From: a virus
Lineage: Duplodnaviria > Caudoviricetes
Direction: 5' to 3' (one strand)
Length of the DNA: 64,000 nt
IMG/VR virus record: IMGVR_UViG_3300021431_000101
Span: 24,817 to 88,816 of that record
Under the pieces are notes generated by a model. That model searched no databases. It saw only the letters and a list, made by a program, of their open reading frames with translations, and was not told the DNA's origin. Shown in pieces: positions 63,090 through 64,000 of this stretch; position 1 is the first letter of the stretch; the number at the start of each line of letters is the position of its first letter. Both the position numbers and the translations under genes were made by a program.

Positions 63090-64000
63090 ACAATACCTTG
63101 TGGGGGTGGTCGAAGACGTATGTCAAGACCAGGGGGTTGAAGTAGAGTACCTCCACCTCTCATAATTATACTTGTGGTATCTTATTTTGCTCTTTTATCA
63201 TCTTTTCCCTCTCTATTCTTTCTCTTCTCGTCATTTTCTCCTTCTATATCTTCTTTATTTTATTACATCCTTTTTCATCTATTCTATATCTCTTATTCTT
63301 TTATATACCTCCACCTCTCATATTTACACTGCCTATATTTAATATACTCTCTTTTACATTAAAACTTATATTTGTTATATTTTCTCTCTTTCACATTAAC
63401 TTTTTATATTTTTGCATTATTTTTATTTGTGTTTCTTTTTATATTTTTATTATATTAAAATCTTTATATTTTACACTTTAAAATATTTTATATAATTTCT
63501 TTTACTTTTGCACATACTTTAAAATATATCACAATTTGATTTTATTTATTATTTTATTTTGATATGTATTTTTATTTGGACTTTTATTACTTTTATTATT
63601 TTATAGACAAAAAAAATGCCATTAGTATTTTCTCAAACACTAATGGCAGTAATTCTATTAAATGTTGCTTAACTAACAAAACAAACAATATAAATACTAT
63701 AATCTATAAAATTATATCTAACATAGGATTTTAAAATATAACAGATATTATCTACAACATTAATAGAATTTAGACAATCTGTTTTACCCTAAATCTAAAC
63801 TAATAAAACTACAAAAAACATAATATGAATCACAATTAAAACCTTTATTAAAATCTCTATTAAAAATTATATCAAAAGCATTAACAAAATCTCTAATAAT
63901 ATTTCTTCAATCTTATAATTTTAATATATAATTATATTATTACATAATATAATTATATATTAAAATTTATATTATAATAATTATATTATATATTATATAT
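63090..64000. other. non-coding region, candidate replication origin or genome terminus
   Basis: G-tract hairpin, 17-bp direct repeat TACCTCCACCTCTCATA (63148, 63306), then more than 600 bp near-pure A/T with a T-rich to A-rich switch near 63600. Confidence 0.45.
63609..63648 (-). terminator. intrinsic terminator for a transcript entering from beyond the window
   Basis: TGCCATTAGT / ACTAATGGCA stem with T8 on the minus strand. Confidence 0.7.

Noticed and set aside
63174-63362. 62-aa hydrophobic ORF
   Set aside because: Translation of a low-complexity pyrimidine tract, with no credible leader.
1-64000. Stop-codon reassignment (TAG/TGA), known in some crAss-like phages
   Set aside because: Genes up to 13.8 kb are open in the standard code with dense tiling, and none of the four tRNAs has a CUA or UCA anticodon.
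1-64000. Diversity-generating retroelement, integrase or invertase
   Set aside because: No reverse transcriptase or recombinase ORF and no TR/VR pair were seen in the window.

Overview
The window is about 64 kb of a crAss-like phage genome (Crassvirales, Bacteroidetes host). It is very AT-rich and read in the standard code: long ORFs need no stop recoding and there is no suppressor tRNA. Bases 1-34910 are all + strand. They carry the end of a 6-gene cassette of unknown function, then tail ring, IHF-like and muzzle genes, internal cargo proteins, a 2432-aa zincin-motif protein and a 4590-aa virion RNA polymerase (DFDID motif). After convergent terminators at about 34.9-35.2 kb everything is on the - strand. 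This arm encodes thioredoxin, dUTPase, DUF932, Gp157, ThyX, DUF3310, ATP-dependent ligase, primase, SSB-like and RecT-like proteins, a degenerate SF2 helicase, family B DNA polymerase, a degenerate UDG, a Dda-like helicase, four tRNAs, many small early genes and two ssb-like paralogues. It ends in a non-coding AT-rich region that may be an origin or terminus. Capsid, portal and terminase genes are not in the window. The strongest unexplained signal is a ~20-bp G-rich non-palindromic DNA motif (ACATCTYYTYTACGGGGGAGGT) with about 12 strong and about 7 weaker copies. It lies on both strands, mostly inside genes in different frames, largely as oppositely oriented pairs spaced roughly every 3-10 kb (mostly 6-8 kb). 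A second, more degenerate ~90-bp element occurs four times. Functional calls come from recognisable motifs and gene order only; no database search was run.
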